DNA from: Candidatus Liptonbacteria bacterium
GTDB lineage: Bacteria; Patescibacteriota; Minisyncoccia; UBA6257; 2-01-FULL-56-20
Direction: 5' to 3'
Length of the DNA stretch: 64,000 bases
NCBI GenBank assembly: GCA_016204335.1
Contig: JACQKU010000008.1
Span: 10,913-74,912, forward strand
Shown: positions 17,482-26,794 of the stretch, piece by piece
Numbering within the stretch: position 1 is the first letter of the stretch
Layout: the number at the start of each line of letters is the position of its first letter
The notes under the pieces: model-generated
What the model was told of the DNA's origin: nothing
What the model saw: the letters and a program-made list of their open reading frames with translations, nothing else
The model's database searches: none
Translations under genes and position numbers: made by a program

Positions 17482-18426
17482 ATGCCGGAACTACCCGAAA
17501 AACAAAATAATTCTGAAAGGGTTGAAAATCCGAAATTGGCGGAAGAAATGGCTTACATCGAAAAGCCGTATAGAGACGAGTCTTTTGAGCGAAAGGAGGA
17601 AACGCAGGCTCGCTACGATTTCATTCATTCGGATGCATATCGCGAGTATTTAAGAAAAATCCAGGAAGAACACCTAGAACGATTAAACTACCGCGCAAAT
17701 CACCTGGACGAAATAATTAAAGAAAGACTGGCAAGAGAGGAAGCATGGAAAAGAGAACGAGAAGTTTTGGAGAAGATGGATTTAGAAGAGCGTGGTAAGG
17801 AAATAGAGCGTTTCGGTAAAGAAGAAATGGAATTTGACGAGGAAAAAATTCAGGCGATAAAAGAGAGATATAAACGATTTTTAGAGAGATATTTGGCGTC
17901 GAGCGAACAAAGGCTAGATGAACTTTTTGAAGAAATGGTCAGAGGTCTTGATGAAGAGGAATTTAATGAAGATGAGCTTCGAGAAGCAAGGGAATATGCT
18001 GAAGGCCCAATTCCCACAGGGATAAAGAAAGCGGAAGATTATCAGCGTACTTATCTCAGGAGGGCCAAGCAGAAACCTCTATCCGAGCAAGAAGCCCTAA
18101 AAGAGGGCTCTTTGGTTCAAGAACAAGCCAGAGAACAGGTGGAATCTCTTCTTCCCTATGGCGAAATGATGACTCCGCTTGGTCCCAGAGAAGAATGGGG
18201 ATGGGAAGAGCTTACGCAATATAATGATGTAAGGAATTGGGTCAAGCAGCCGCTCGACGAGCATATTACTTCTGCAGACTATGATAAAGCACTTGAATAT
18301 ATCGAACGCTTGAAAGAAGTTAAACCTTCTGATTTGGTAACATGGCTTACTGCGAGATTGCAATTGAAGTCGCTCGAAATTAAGGCCTGGTTGCGGAATA
18401 AAAAAAAGGAAGCAGAAGGAACTTGA
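17482..18426 (+). CDS. Hypothetical acidic, helical/coiled-coil protein
   Basis: 314-aa ORF, very E/R/K-rich, purine-rich DNA. Its stop abuts the next start. Confidence 0.7.
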   Translation: MPELPEKQNNSERVENPKLAEEMAYIEKPYRDESFERKEETQARYDFIHSDAYREYLRKIQEEHLERLNYRANHLDEIIKERLAREEAWKREREVLEKMDLEERGKEIERFGKEEMEFDEEKIQAIKERYKRFLERYLASSEQRLDELFEEMVRGLDEEEFNEDELREAREYAEGPIPTGIKKAEDYQRTYLRRAKQKPLSEQEALKEGSLVQEQAREQVESLLPYGEMMTPLGPREEWGWEELTQYNDVRNWVKQPLDEHITSADYDKALEYIERLKEVKPSDLVTWLTARLQLKSLEIKAWLRNKKKEAEGT

Positions 18427-19149
18427 GTGGATATGAATATCGTAATTCCGTTAGCCGGCAAAGATCCGCGATATTTGGATTTGCCGAAACTTCTCACTGA
18501 TGTTCGCGGCAAACCTCTTCTCGCGTATGTTCTCGAACAGCTCCGCATTGAGCCGGAAGATAAATTGATTTTTGTCGTTCTACGGGAGTATGTCGAGAAA
18601 TTTTCCATCGATAAAATACTCAAGAGCGTTGCTGGAGAGAAAGCGATAATCCGGATTCTTCCGAATGTTACGGACGGCTCGCCGTGTTCGATTTTGGAAG
18701 CCGCGCGGGATTTGATTGATAACGAAACAGATCTTTTGGTTGAGCTCGGTGATGTGATCCGGGGACTCGATAATTTTTATGAAGATATAAAGACCCATCG
18801 GTCGGAGGTTTCGGGAATTATCCCGGTTGAGCGGCGCGATATGACGGGACGCCCTTTCGGTTATGTCAGGACTGATGAAAACGGTTTTACTGAAGCGCTT
18901 CTTGAAAAAGAACTAACCTACGTCGCTCCGTGGGCGACAATGGGACTCTATTATTTTTCTCATGGGAAGGACTTCGTCTGGGCCGCGGAGGAAATGATTA
19001 AGAATAAAAGTTTCGTTTATCATGATATGTTTTTCGTCGGGCCGGTGTATAATGAGCTTATCAAACGAGGCGACAAAGTTATCATTTCGAAAAATATCAT
19101 CGAGATGATGCTGGGGACTCCGGAAGAAGTCAGTGCGTTCGGAGCATAG
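18427..19149 (+). CDS. Nucleotidyltransferase (GT2_BcE-like / sugar-phosphate NTP transferase)
   Basis: IVIPLAG...PK....GKP, TDGS.C, EK......ATMGLYYF..G.DF..AAEEMI, F.V.PVYNELI, LGTPEE. Confidence 0.85.
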   Translation: MDMNIVIPLAGKDPRYLDLPKLLTDVRGKPLLAYVLEQLRIEPEDKLIFVVLREYVEKFSIDKILKSVAGEKAIIRILPNVTDGSPCSILEAARDLIDNETDLLVELGDVIRGLDNFYEDIKTHRSEVSGIIPVERRDMTGRPFGYVRTDENGFTEALLEKELTYVAPWATMGLYYFSHGKDFVWAAEEMIKNKSFVYHDMFFVGPVYNELIKRGDKVIISKNIIEMMLGTPEEVSAFGA

Positions 19150-19160
19150 AGTATTTCAAT

Positions 19161-19201
19161 AAAAAGAAAAGCGGCGCCGAGTGTTGTTACCCTGGCGCCG
19201 T
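19161..19201 (-). terminator. Probable terminator between convergent genes
   Basis: CGGCGCC...GGCGCCG stem followed on the minus strand by TTTTCTTTTT. Confidence 0.55.
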
Positions 19202-19266
19202 TGTTGCTGATTGAGCGAGTGCCGTCTCTTGATGGCGGCGAGCCTCGCTGGTTCGGTGGGAAGCGG

Positions 19267-19902
19267 TCAGAACCGCGCTTCATGAATCACCTCCTGGCAG
19301 GAGAATCCTGTGCCAACTCGTCCTACGTGGACGCGGTCCACATGAAACTTTTCGGGCTTCGCCTTAAGTCCGCGCAAGCCCTCCTCGAACTTTTCTTCTT
19401 CATCCTCCCATCGGAAAGTTCCGAGCGTGAGGTGCGGAACGAAGTTGACTTGGGTCATCGGGGTTCCGTACGACCTGAAGCCGTTCCGCATGCCCGGGGT
19501 CATCTTTCCCCAGCGAGTCCTGATCTCTTCTCGCCTAGCCTCGTCGAAGAAATGGCGCAGTGCTTTGATGACCAGGAGATGGAGATCGGATAGCCACTTC
19601 GGTTTGTCGGTGGTAAGGAAAACAGCTCGATGGATCCGTCGCACGGAAACACCAGTGAGTCGGAGATCTCCGCCACGGAAGCCACATACCACGTCGTCGA
19701 GTGCGCCGGTGAACTCCCTGAACTTCTCCGGGCGCACAGGCAAGTGATACAGCGAGAGGTGCGGTAAGAACTCCTCCGCGCCGAGTTTCCATGGCGAGCC
19801 GTTTTCGTGAAGCCAGGCACTCAGCTTGATCGCCTGTCGCTGAATCGGTTCCGGCGGCAGGATGATGATGTCGTAGAAGCCGGGCCAAATCTCGGCCATC
19901 AC
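19267..19902 (-). CDS. 2H phosphoesterase (2'-5' RNA ligase superfamily)
   Basis: Two H-x-S/T motifs (PHLSL, PHLTL). GTG start with an AGGAG SD. GC-richer than its neighbours. Confidence 0.85.
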   Translation of the reverse strand: MMAEIWPGFYDIIILPPEPIQRQAIKLSAWLHENGSPWKLGAEEFLPHLSLYHLPVRPEKFREFTGALDDVVCGFRGGDLRLTGVSVRRIHRAVFLTTDKPKWLSDLHLLVIKALRHFFDEARREEIRTRWGKMTPGMRNGFRSYGTPMTQVNFVPHLTLGTFRWEDEEEKFEEGLRGLKAKPEKFHVDRVHVGRVGTGFSCQEVIHEARF

Positions 19903-20055
19903 GCACTCCTTTTCTTAATTCGCAGGATTCACTGCGTTATTCGTATTTTCAAGCGTTGATCCGGGCCAATCCCGAACCAGCGCGAAAGTTGTTGAACTTC
20001 CGATGCTACCGTAAGTAAAGCATAAAACTTACAAAAAAGTCAAGTTTTTTTGTTT

Positions 20056-20089
20056 ACTATGATAACTTACGATCGTAAGATATAATAGT
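20056..20089. repeat. 34-bp imperfect palindrome centred on CTTACGATCGTAAG
   Basis: actatgataacttacga|tcgtaagatataatagt, 15/17 arm match. Confidence 0.7.
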
Positions 20090-20149
20090 AGATACAAGCG
20101 TTGCAGTAGCTGCGGTAGCGGTTGATTTCTGGATATCCATCATGTCATA

Positions 20150-20926
20150 ATGGTTGCTATGGAAATCTTCGCCCATCGCGGACTTCTCGACGAATATCCC
20201 CAAAACAGTTTGCCGGCAATGCGAGAGAGTTTTCGGCGCGGGTTCGGCATTGAAACCGATTTGCGGCTCACAAAAGACAATGATTTTTTGATTATTCATG
20301 ATGATACGTTTTTGAAGGATGCGAATGTGCGCCGCCGGGTTCTGGATGCGACGCTTGCCGAAGCGGAGGCGATTACCTATTTGCATTCGAACGAGCATCT
20401 GATATCACTTAGGACGTTTTTGGAAATGGCAGCGAAAGAAAACAAAAGTAACCAGATGGCGCTCCAACTCAAGAACACGAGCCAGAACGAAACGGGACTT
20501 CAGCTCCTCGCGCGGTATTGGGAAGAGTTCAATCTCTATGACACCGCGTTTACGTTTGACCTTACCAAAGAAGCCGCAACCCGGCTCAAAGAAATAGACC
20601 CGAATATAAAAATCGCACTCATTGTTTCCGAATTCAAATTCGAGCCAACCATTTATTTGTGGGAAGAAGTGAAAAATTTCAAGCCGATGGATATCGTGTG
20701 GGCCGCCGAATATGTGAAGTTCTACAGCAAAGAATTTTTTGATGTGGCAAAAGCAAGCGGGAGGATTGTGTATGCGATGTCGCCGGATGTGCACTGGATT
20801 TTGGGTCACCCCCTGGCTTACGAGGGATATGAGAAGGTTTGGGAAAATCTTATTGCCTGGGGCGCTGAAGGAATCTGTACGGATTATCCGGAAAAGCTCA
20901 AAAAGCGATTAAGTCAAAAACAGTAA
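20150..20926 (+). CDS. Glycerophosphodiester phosphodiesterase family protein
   Basis: IFAHRG, GIETDLRLTKD....IHD, GICTDYP. Confidence 0.9.
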   Translation: MVAMEIFAHRGLLDEYPQNSLPAMRESFRRGFGIETDLRLTKDNDFLIIHDDTFLKDANVRRRVLDATLAEAEAITYLHSNEHLISLRTFLEMAAKENKSNQMALQLKNTSQNETGLQLLARYWEEFNLYDTAFTFDLTKEAATRLKEIDPNIKIALIVSEFKFEPTIYLWEEVKNFKPMDIVWAAEYVKFYSKEFFDVAKASGRIVYAMSPDVHWILGHPLAYEGYEKVWENLIAWGAEGICTDYPEKLKKRLSQKQ

Positions 20927-20930
20927 AATA

Positions 20931-20994
20931 GCTACGAAATACGAAACAATACGAATATACGAATTCGTATATTCGTAAAAATTCGTAATTCGTA
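20931..20994. repeat. TACGAA/TTCGTA repeat hairpin
   Basis: ctacgaaatacgaaacaatacgaatatacgaattcgtatattcgtaaaaattcgtaattcgtag. Confidence 0.8.
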
Positions 20995-21004
20995 GCCCAG
21001 TATC

Positions 21005-21745
21005 ATGAAGATTGTTATGCCAATGGCGGGACGGGGCTCGCGGTTCACAAAAATCGGGGTCACGACGCCGAAGCCGCTCATCGAGGTCTTGGGAAAGACG
21101 ATGGTGCAGTGGTCTATTGAAGGGATGAGGCACACGCGCCCTGAAATCAAAGACAGCGATTTTGTGTTTATCTGCCACGCGGACCACGAGCGGGATTACG
21201 GCATCAGCGCCCGGCTTCAACGTATTGCGCCCGGCGCAACAGTGCTTTTCACGCCGGTCGTGACCGAAGGCGCGGCGTGCACCGTGCTCCTTGCCAAAAG
21301 GTACATCGATGACGAAGAAGATATGCTGATGGTCGACTCCGACCATTTTGTGGTGTGCCCGGAATTCAGAAAACACCGCGAGCTCGCAATAAAAAATGAC
21401 TGGGGCGGCTTAATTCCCACATTCGAGAGAACGGCCCCGAACTATTCCTACGCGAGGATTGACGAACAAGGCAATGTGGTTGAAACCCGCGAGAAACAGG
21501 TCATTTCAACCCACGCCGCAGTAATGTATTACTTCACGAAATGGAAGTATTTCGTGTCCGCAGCGGAAGCGATGATTCAAAAAAATATCCGCTACAACAA
21601 TGAATTTTATATGTGTCCGGTATACAACGAGGTTATCGCGCAGGGTCATATAGTGCGAACCATTCCGGTCGAACTTGCCATGCATCTTGGCACGCCGGAA
21701 GAATTGCAGTACTTTATCGAACACGTGCCGGAAAAATATCGGTAG
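21005..21745 (+). CDS. Nucleotidyltransferase (GT2_BcE-like), second copy
   Basis: IVMPMAGRGSRF......PKPLI, TEGAACTVL, DSD, EK..IS, NNEFY.CPVYN, LGTPEEL. Confidence 0.9.
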   Translation: MKIVMPMAGRGSRFTKIGVTTPKPLIEVLGKTMVQWSIEGMRHTRPEIKDSDFVFICHADHERDYGISARLQRIAPGATVLFTPVVTEGAACTVLLAKRYIDDEEDMLMVDSDHFVVCPEFRKHRELAIKNDWGGLIPTFERTAPNYSYARIDEQGNVVETREKQVISTHAAVMYYFTKWKYFVSAAEAMIQKNIRYNNEFYMCPVYNEVIAQGHIVRTIPVELAMHLGTPEELQYFIEHVPEKYR

Positions 21746-21780
21746 TTGCGAAAAAAACATAAATCGCATAGCATACGCGC

Positions 21781-22638
21781 ATGCGATTAGGCAGATTGAT
21801 TCTCACCCATCGGGAGAAATACGTCGGCCGGCTCAAAGAGTTTTATCTTGACAGCGGCCGCACGGAATTTTTAGTGGTTGCGTATAATAAAAAAACCGTC
21901 GATCCCTCCAAGCTCAAAGCGACTGATTCATTCAAATTGGCGCCTTACTGCGTAGGCGAGGAATGCAGCGCGACAGGCCAGCAGTATCGCGTCTGGGTGG
22001 ATGTCGTGCGGCAATTTCCGGAAATCGAGGGCTGGGTGGTGCATGATTACGATTTTGTCTGCCGCGTGCCCGACGAGGAAATTTTTTCCCATATCGGCGC
22101 GGGCGAGTACGCGATGGTCGGGAAAGCGTTTCCCATCTGGCAGGAGGGAATGAAAGAAGCGGGAGTTGACACGTATCCTTTTGCGCAAGACCATCAGCAT
22201 TGGCACAACGATAATCCTCCGAATCCCATACGGCTAAAGGTGGACGAGATACTTTTCCGCTCGTTCCCTTATTTTTTTCAAAACATTAAAACGTTCTTCG
22301 GTGGGTACAGCGATTTTATCGCTACGACGAGCGGGAATTTTTTATTACTTGACGACCCGGCAATCAGGGAATTGGAGCGCGGCGGAATTGAACAGGTGCC
22401 ACACAGCATCTGGGCCGCCAAAGGAGTTAAGCCCGTTGATATGCGTCCGTGGTACACGATGAAAGTGCTTTTGGACGTAATGTACGTTCCCATGGATGAG
22501 CGCTACCAGATGATTCACCCCGCGAAAGTTTGGGAAGGAGAACCCGTGTCGTTCAAAGACCGCCTCAGGAATTCAAAACGGAAATTCAAAAATTTCGTTA
22601 AATGGCTCATAGGATATCAGGGCTGGAAACGGATATAA
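21781..22638 (+). CDS. Hypothetical protein, possible GT-A glycosyltransferase
   Basis: DxD motif (HDYD) after a beta strand, C-terminal IHPAK, and locus context. Confidence 0.55.
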   Translation: MRLGRLILTHREKYVGRLKEFYLDSGRTEFLVVAYNKKTVDPSKLKATDSFKLAPYCVGEECSATGQQYRVWVDVVRQFPEIEGWVVHDYDFVCRVPDEEIFSHIGAGEYAMVGKAFPIWQEGMKEAGVDTYPFAQDHQHWHNDNPPNPIRLKVDEILFRSFPYFFQNIKTFFGGYSDFIATTSGNFLLLDDPAIRELERGGIEQVPHSIWAAKGVKPVDMRPWYTMKVLLDVMYVPMDERYQMIHPAKVWEGEPVSFKDRLRNSKRKFKNFVKWLIGYQGWKRI

Positions 22639-22665
22639 CGGCAAATAAATTTACCCATTCTTTTT

Positions 22666-23832
22666 ATGAAGCATACAGAGCGTCTCGACACACTGCTGAA
22701 TACGCGGCGATGCACCCTGCTTGGCGTTGGGCCAATGAGCAAGAATTGCGTGGATGCCGCGATTGAACTTGCGAACGACGTAAGCGCCCCCATTATCCTT
22801 ATCGCTACCCGCCGGCAGATTGAAACGGCGGAATCAGGAGGCGGTTACGTCAATAACTGGACGACAGAAGCCTTCGCGAAATACGTGCGCGAACGCGACC
22901 TGCGCGGGAATGTTGTATTGGCGCGCGACCACGGCGGCCCGTGGCAGAATTACCTCGAGGTTAAACAGCGCATGAACTTGAAAGACGCGATGGAATCCTC
23001 CAAGCGCTCGTATCTCGCCGACATTCAAGCCGGCTTCGATATGATTCACATCGACCCCTCGATTGATATATATAAAAAACCTTCGTTCGAGGAAGTCCTC
23101 GAACGGCTTTTTGAACTGTATATTTTTTGCGTCGAAAAAGCCCGCGCGCTGGGGCGCGACGTTTTTTTTGAGTTTGGCACCGATGAACAGAGCGAGGGGT
23201 TGCACGATGCCGAAGAACTTGAAGCGCTTACCGAAGAAATAATAAATTTTTGCGAAAAAAACCGCCTGCCCAAGCCGTATTTTGTAGTCGCGCAAACGGG
23301 AACGAAAGTCAAGGAAACGACAAACGTCGGCATTCTGGCAAAGCCCGAGGAATCCCGCCAGGCAAAAGCGCATTTAAAGAAACTCGTGGAAATTTGCAAC
23401 CGCTACGGCGTCCGCCTCAAAGAGCATAACGCCGATTATCTCTCGGACGAAGTTCTGCGTTGGCATCCCGAAGCTGGAATTCACGCCATTAACGTCGCGC
23501 CGGAGTTCGGAGTGGTTGAGACGAGGCACATTCTGAGTATTTGCAAAGACCTGAACCTCGGCGAAGAACGAGACCGGTTCCTGGCTTTGGCTCATGCGTC
23601 AAACAAATGGGACAAATGGCTGCTTTCTGATACGAAAACAACCGATTATGACAGAGCTGTCATTGCGGGACATTATGTTTTTTCCGCGCCGGAGTTCGAG
23701 AAAATAAAAGCGCGAATCGCCGCGGCGTGCCGCGCGCGCGGTTTTGACCTTGACGAGAGCATCAAACAGGCGTTAAAGTCAGCCATTATGCGTTATTCGC
23801 GCAATTTAAATTTACACGATGACCATCGTTGA
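22666..23832 (+). CDS. GatZ/KbaZ-family protein (tagatose-6-phosphate 4-epimerase-like)
   Basis: ILIATRRQI.....GGGYV, LARDHGGP, GFDMIHIDPS, EFGTDE, KEHNADYL, NVAPEFG. Confidence 0.8.
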   Translation: MKHTERLDTLLNTRRCTLLGVGPMSKNCVDAAIELANDVSAPIILIATRRQIETAESGGGYVNNWTTEAFAKYVRERDLRGNVVLARDHGGPWQNYLEVKQRMNLKDAMESSKRSYLADIQAGFDMIHIDPSIDIYKKPSFEEVLERLFELYIFCVEKARALGRDVFFEFGTDEQSEGLHDAEELEALTEEIINFCEKNRLPKPYFVVAQTGTKVKETTNVGILAKPEESRQAKAHLKKLVEICNRYGVRLKEHNADYLSDEVLRWHPEAGIHAINVAPEFGVVETRHILSICKDLNLGEERDRFLALAHASNKWDKWLLSDTKTTDYDRAVIAGHYVFSAPEFEKIKARIAAACRARGFDLDESIKQALKSAIMRYSRNLNLHDDHR

Positions 23833-24298
23833 GTATCTACATTCATTATTCGGCGGCGAGGAAACCGGAACGCCGAAAGACGCGCAGCCCGGTTTTCTCG
23901 TGAGAAGTTTTTCCAACATAAAAAAAGTGACGAAGCCATGGGGGTTTGAGCTGTGGCTTTCGGATGCCACGGAAACGCCGTACGCGTTGAAAATTATCTA
24001 TATAAAAAAAGGGACCAAGACGAGTTTGCAGGTTCATAGAAAGAAGGCGGAGCATAATACTATTTTTTTCGGCAAAGCGCGATTTTATTATGAGAACGCG
24101 GACAAAGAGCTGAAGACCGTTGATATGGGTCCGGGCCATGTAATCACGATTTTACCCAATACCGTGCATCGCCTTGAGGCGCTCACGGACCTGGTTCTTT
24201 TCGAGGGGTCAACCGGCGAGCTTGACGACGTGATACGCCTTGCCGATGATTACCAAAGACCGGACGGAAAAATTTTATCTGAACATGATGGGGCGTAA
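23819..24298 (+). CDS. Cupin (mannose-6-phosphate isomerase type II C-terminal-like)
   Basis: KPWG.E, TSLQVHRKK.E, P...HRLEA, ST..LDDVIRL.DDY.R. Confidence 0.88.
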   Translation: MTIVEYLHSLFGGEETGTPKDAQPGFLVRSFSNIKKVTKPWGFELWLSDATETPYALKIIYIKKGTKTSLQVHRKKAEHNTIFFGKARFYYENADKELKTVDMGPGHVITILPNTVHRLEALTDLVLFEGSTGELDDVIRLADDYQRPDGKILSEHDGA

Positions 24299-24437
24299 GA
24301 CCTGTTTTTTTCTTTCGGGCATGCCCCGTAGGAAATGGCGAGAAAATATGAAAATATTTTCGAGACAAAACCAAGTATTCCATACTACGAAATATCTGCT
24401 TGCTATAACCTGTGAATTACGAAACTCCTCTGCAACC

Positions 24438-24537
24438 GTCATTGCGAGGACCGCGAGCGAAGCATGGCGGGACGAAGCAATCCAGTAAACGATATGTAAG
24501 AACTGGATTGCCGCGCCCCTTTGGGGCTCGCAATGAC
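24438..24537. repeat. Family-C palindromic element GTCATTGCGAG...CTCGCAATGAC
   Basis: 11-bp terminal IR and an internal GCAATC/GATTGC stem. Copies at 32160 and 63393. Confidence 0.9.
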
Positions 24538-24614
24538 GACAAAAAAGTGTTTCGTAATTCAAAGTATAAAGTCCAAGCAAAAGGCAACGGAAAATATTTA
24601 ATTTCCTACGGGGT

Positions 24615-25559
24615 ATGCTCGATTTAAAAAATAAAAAAATACTCGTTGCGGGCGGCAGCGGATTTATGGGTTCTCATGTGGTAGCCGCGCTGAAGTCGCG
24701 CGGAGTTTCGGATGAAAAGATCGTTGCGCCAAATTCGGCGGAGTGCGATTTGCGGGTTTTCGCGGATTGCCAAAAAGCCGTCAAGGGAATAGACGTGGTA
24801 TTCGACTGCGCGGCAGTGCCGGGAGACATCCTGATGCGGGAGAAAATTCCCGGCCAGCTCTTTTATGAAAATCTTTTAATGGGAATCCAGCTTCTTGAGG
24901 CGGCGCGGCAGGAAGGAGTCGGGAAAGCCGTGGTGATCGGAAGCGCTACGGAATACCCGGCGGATGCGCCGACACCGTTGAACGAAGAATCTCTTTGGAA
25001 CGGACTTCCGTCGTCGGGCAATATTCCATACGGCATGTCGAAACGCATCGTGGGAATTCAAGGGGCGATGTACCGCCGCGAGTCCGGATTCAACGCCATT
25101 CATCTCCTTCTCACGAATTCCTACGGGCCGGGCGAGAAATTCGAGAGCGGTTATATGGTTCCCTCGCTCATACAAAAAATCATGAATGCGAAAGCGCGCG
25201 GAGAACAAGAAATCGAAGTATGGGGAACCGGACAGGCGCTCCGCGATCTCATGTACGTCGAAGATGCGGCGGAAGGAATCGTCCGCGCCGCGGAACGGTA
25301 TGACGATGCGGCGCCGCTCAACATCGGCTCCGGCGCCGGAATTTCGGTGAAAGATTTGGTAATGCTCCTCTCGAAACTTATCGGATTCGAAGGAACGATT
25401 CGCTGGGATACGACAAAACCGGAAGGCGACTTGAAGCGGCTCTTGGATGTAAGCCGCGCCGAACGCACGATCGGATTCAAAACGAAAACTCCGCTCGAGG
25501 AAGGGCTGAAAAAAACGATTGAGTGGCATAGGGAACAATCTTCCGTTACCCAAGTATAA
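24615..25559 (+). CDS. GDP-fucose-synthase-like NDP-sugar reductase/epimerase (paralog 2)
   Basis: VAGGSGFMG, PYGMSKR, NSYGPGE, WGTGQALRDLMYV. Confidence 0.88.
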   Translation: MLDLKNKKILVAGGSGFMGSHVVAALKSRGVSDEKIVAPNSAECDLRVFADCQKAVKGIDVVFDCAAVPGDILMREKIPGQLFYENLLMGIQLLEAARQEGVGKAVVIGSATEYPADAPTPLNEESLWNGLPSSGNIPYGMSKRIVGIQGAMYRRESGFNAIHLLLTNSYGPGEKFESGYMVPSLIQKIMNAKARGEQEIEVWGTGQALRDLMYVEDAAEGIVRAAERYDDAAPLNIGSGAGISVKDLVMLLSKLIGFEGTIRWDTTKPEGDLKRLLDVSRAERTIGFKTKTPLEEGLKKTIEWHREQSSVTQV

Positions 25560-25563
25560 ACCG

Positions 25564-26427
25564 ATGGTGGAATCTCTTGAACCTACAAACGAACCGTTCA
25601 ACCCGGATGAGCTGTATAGAAAAGCGCTCGCGGATCACACCGACTACGGAAATTTGCCCGAGAGCGAAATTAAGGCCTTGATTACCGAAATTGCACAGGA
25701 GATAAAGCAACTCGAAGAGGTTGGCGAAAAAGAAAAAGCGAGAATTGAGATGCCCGCGGAAACGGCGAAGAAAATCGGCGCGATCTGGGTGAACTCCGGA
25801 GTGGGAACCTACGATACGCCTCTTAAAGAAAAAGAGCGGGGTGTGTATAAAAATCTTCCCTGGATTCAGTGGGCAGACCGGCAACGGTTGAATCACGCGG
25901 CGATTCTTGCGCGGAAAGTGGCGGAAGCAAGAAGCGGAGAAAATTTTGACAGGGGCTCTCTTGCGAGCATCAAAGAGCGGAAAGCAAAAATCAAAGAGAT
26001 GATTGGGAGGTACGGCCCCAAAATCATCTATAACGGCACGGAACTTGAAGACGATACCGTTGCTGACGTGCTTTCGCGGGAAGGAACTATTATTCCGGAA
26101 GATGATGTAATTATCATACGAGGTTCTGTCGAACGTCCAATTATCAACACGCTTGATACCGTAAAAACGCTCAAACTGCCTCCCGAGTTCAGAGATGACC
26201 AGGAGCTCGCAATTGTCGCTCATGCTCCCCATCTTGCGCGAATCATGCGTATGCTCAACAAACAACCGCCGTTCCCGAGAACCACAAAGGTAAGATTGTT
26301 TCCCGTGCCTACGCCCGAAGCAGGGAAAAAAGAATACGCCGAGCTCGAAATACTCGGAATTCTGAATTATGTATTGCGGCGAGGAGTCGCGGAGAAGGAG
26401 TCGTATCCTTATGTCATGAACGAGTAA
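25564..26427 (+). CDS. Hypothetical protein (weak YdcF/DUF218-like features)
   Basis: Long ORF; NT.D and IVAHAPHLARI resemble the YdcF 'VTS..HM.R' region. Confidence 0.55.
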   Translation: MVESLEPTNEPFNPDELYRKALADHTDYGNLPESEIKALITEIAQEIKQLEEVGEKEKARIEMPAETAKKIGAIWVNSGVGTYDTPLKEKERGVYKNLPWIQWADRQRLNHAAILARKVAEARSGENFDRGSLASIKERKAKIKEMIGRYGPKIIYNGTELEDDTVADVLSREGTIIPEDDVIIIRGSVERPIINTLDTVKTLKLPPEFRDDQELAIVAHAPHLARIMRMLNKQPPFPRTTKVRLFPVPTPEAGKKEYAELEILGILNYVLRRGVAEKESYPYVMNE

Positions 26428-26454
26428 TTTTTTTCCCAAGCTTTATCCGGTTAG

Positions 26455-26560
26455 CCAGGTAGTGAAAATTCGACTTGCAGGGTAGCGAAGCCAAGCTCTA
26501 CCACCCTGCTTGTCGCCAACTGCGGCAGATAAGTCTTTCAGTCGAATTTCTACTACCTGG
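26455..26560. mobile_element. Family-B miniature inverted-repeat element
   Basis: CCAGGTAGTGAAAATTCGACT...AGTCGAATTTCTACTACCTGG, a subterminal GCAGGGT/ACCCTGC hairpin, and TTAG on both flanks. Confidence 0.82.
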
Positions 26561-26780
26561 TTAGCAAGGCCCAGATGTCGGCAATAACGAGAACGATGCC
26601 CGCGAATTTCGTCCAGGCAGCCGATTTCTGAAATAAATCCCGTTAGAAATTCCCGCGGGGTATTTAAACCCCTGCGGGAATTGAACCCAACAGCCAACCC
26701 GCGCCGAAAGAGAATCTTTTTTAAGAAAAAGCTGCGCCGTGGCATTGATTCCCGGCAGTAGCAAAATGCAAATGCGATGA
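26553..26780 (-). pseudogene. Relic SMR/EamA (ArnE/F-like) small transporter
   Basis: N-fragment ILLLPGINATAQLFLKK and out-of-frame C-fragment FQKSAAWTKFAGIVLVIADIWALLTR*. The middle is replaced by a hairpin plus a TCTAACGGGAT element end. Confidence 0.6.
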
Positions 26781-26794
26781 AATAGTTAATTCGA

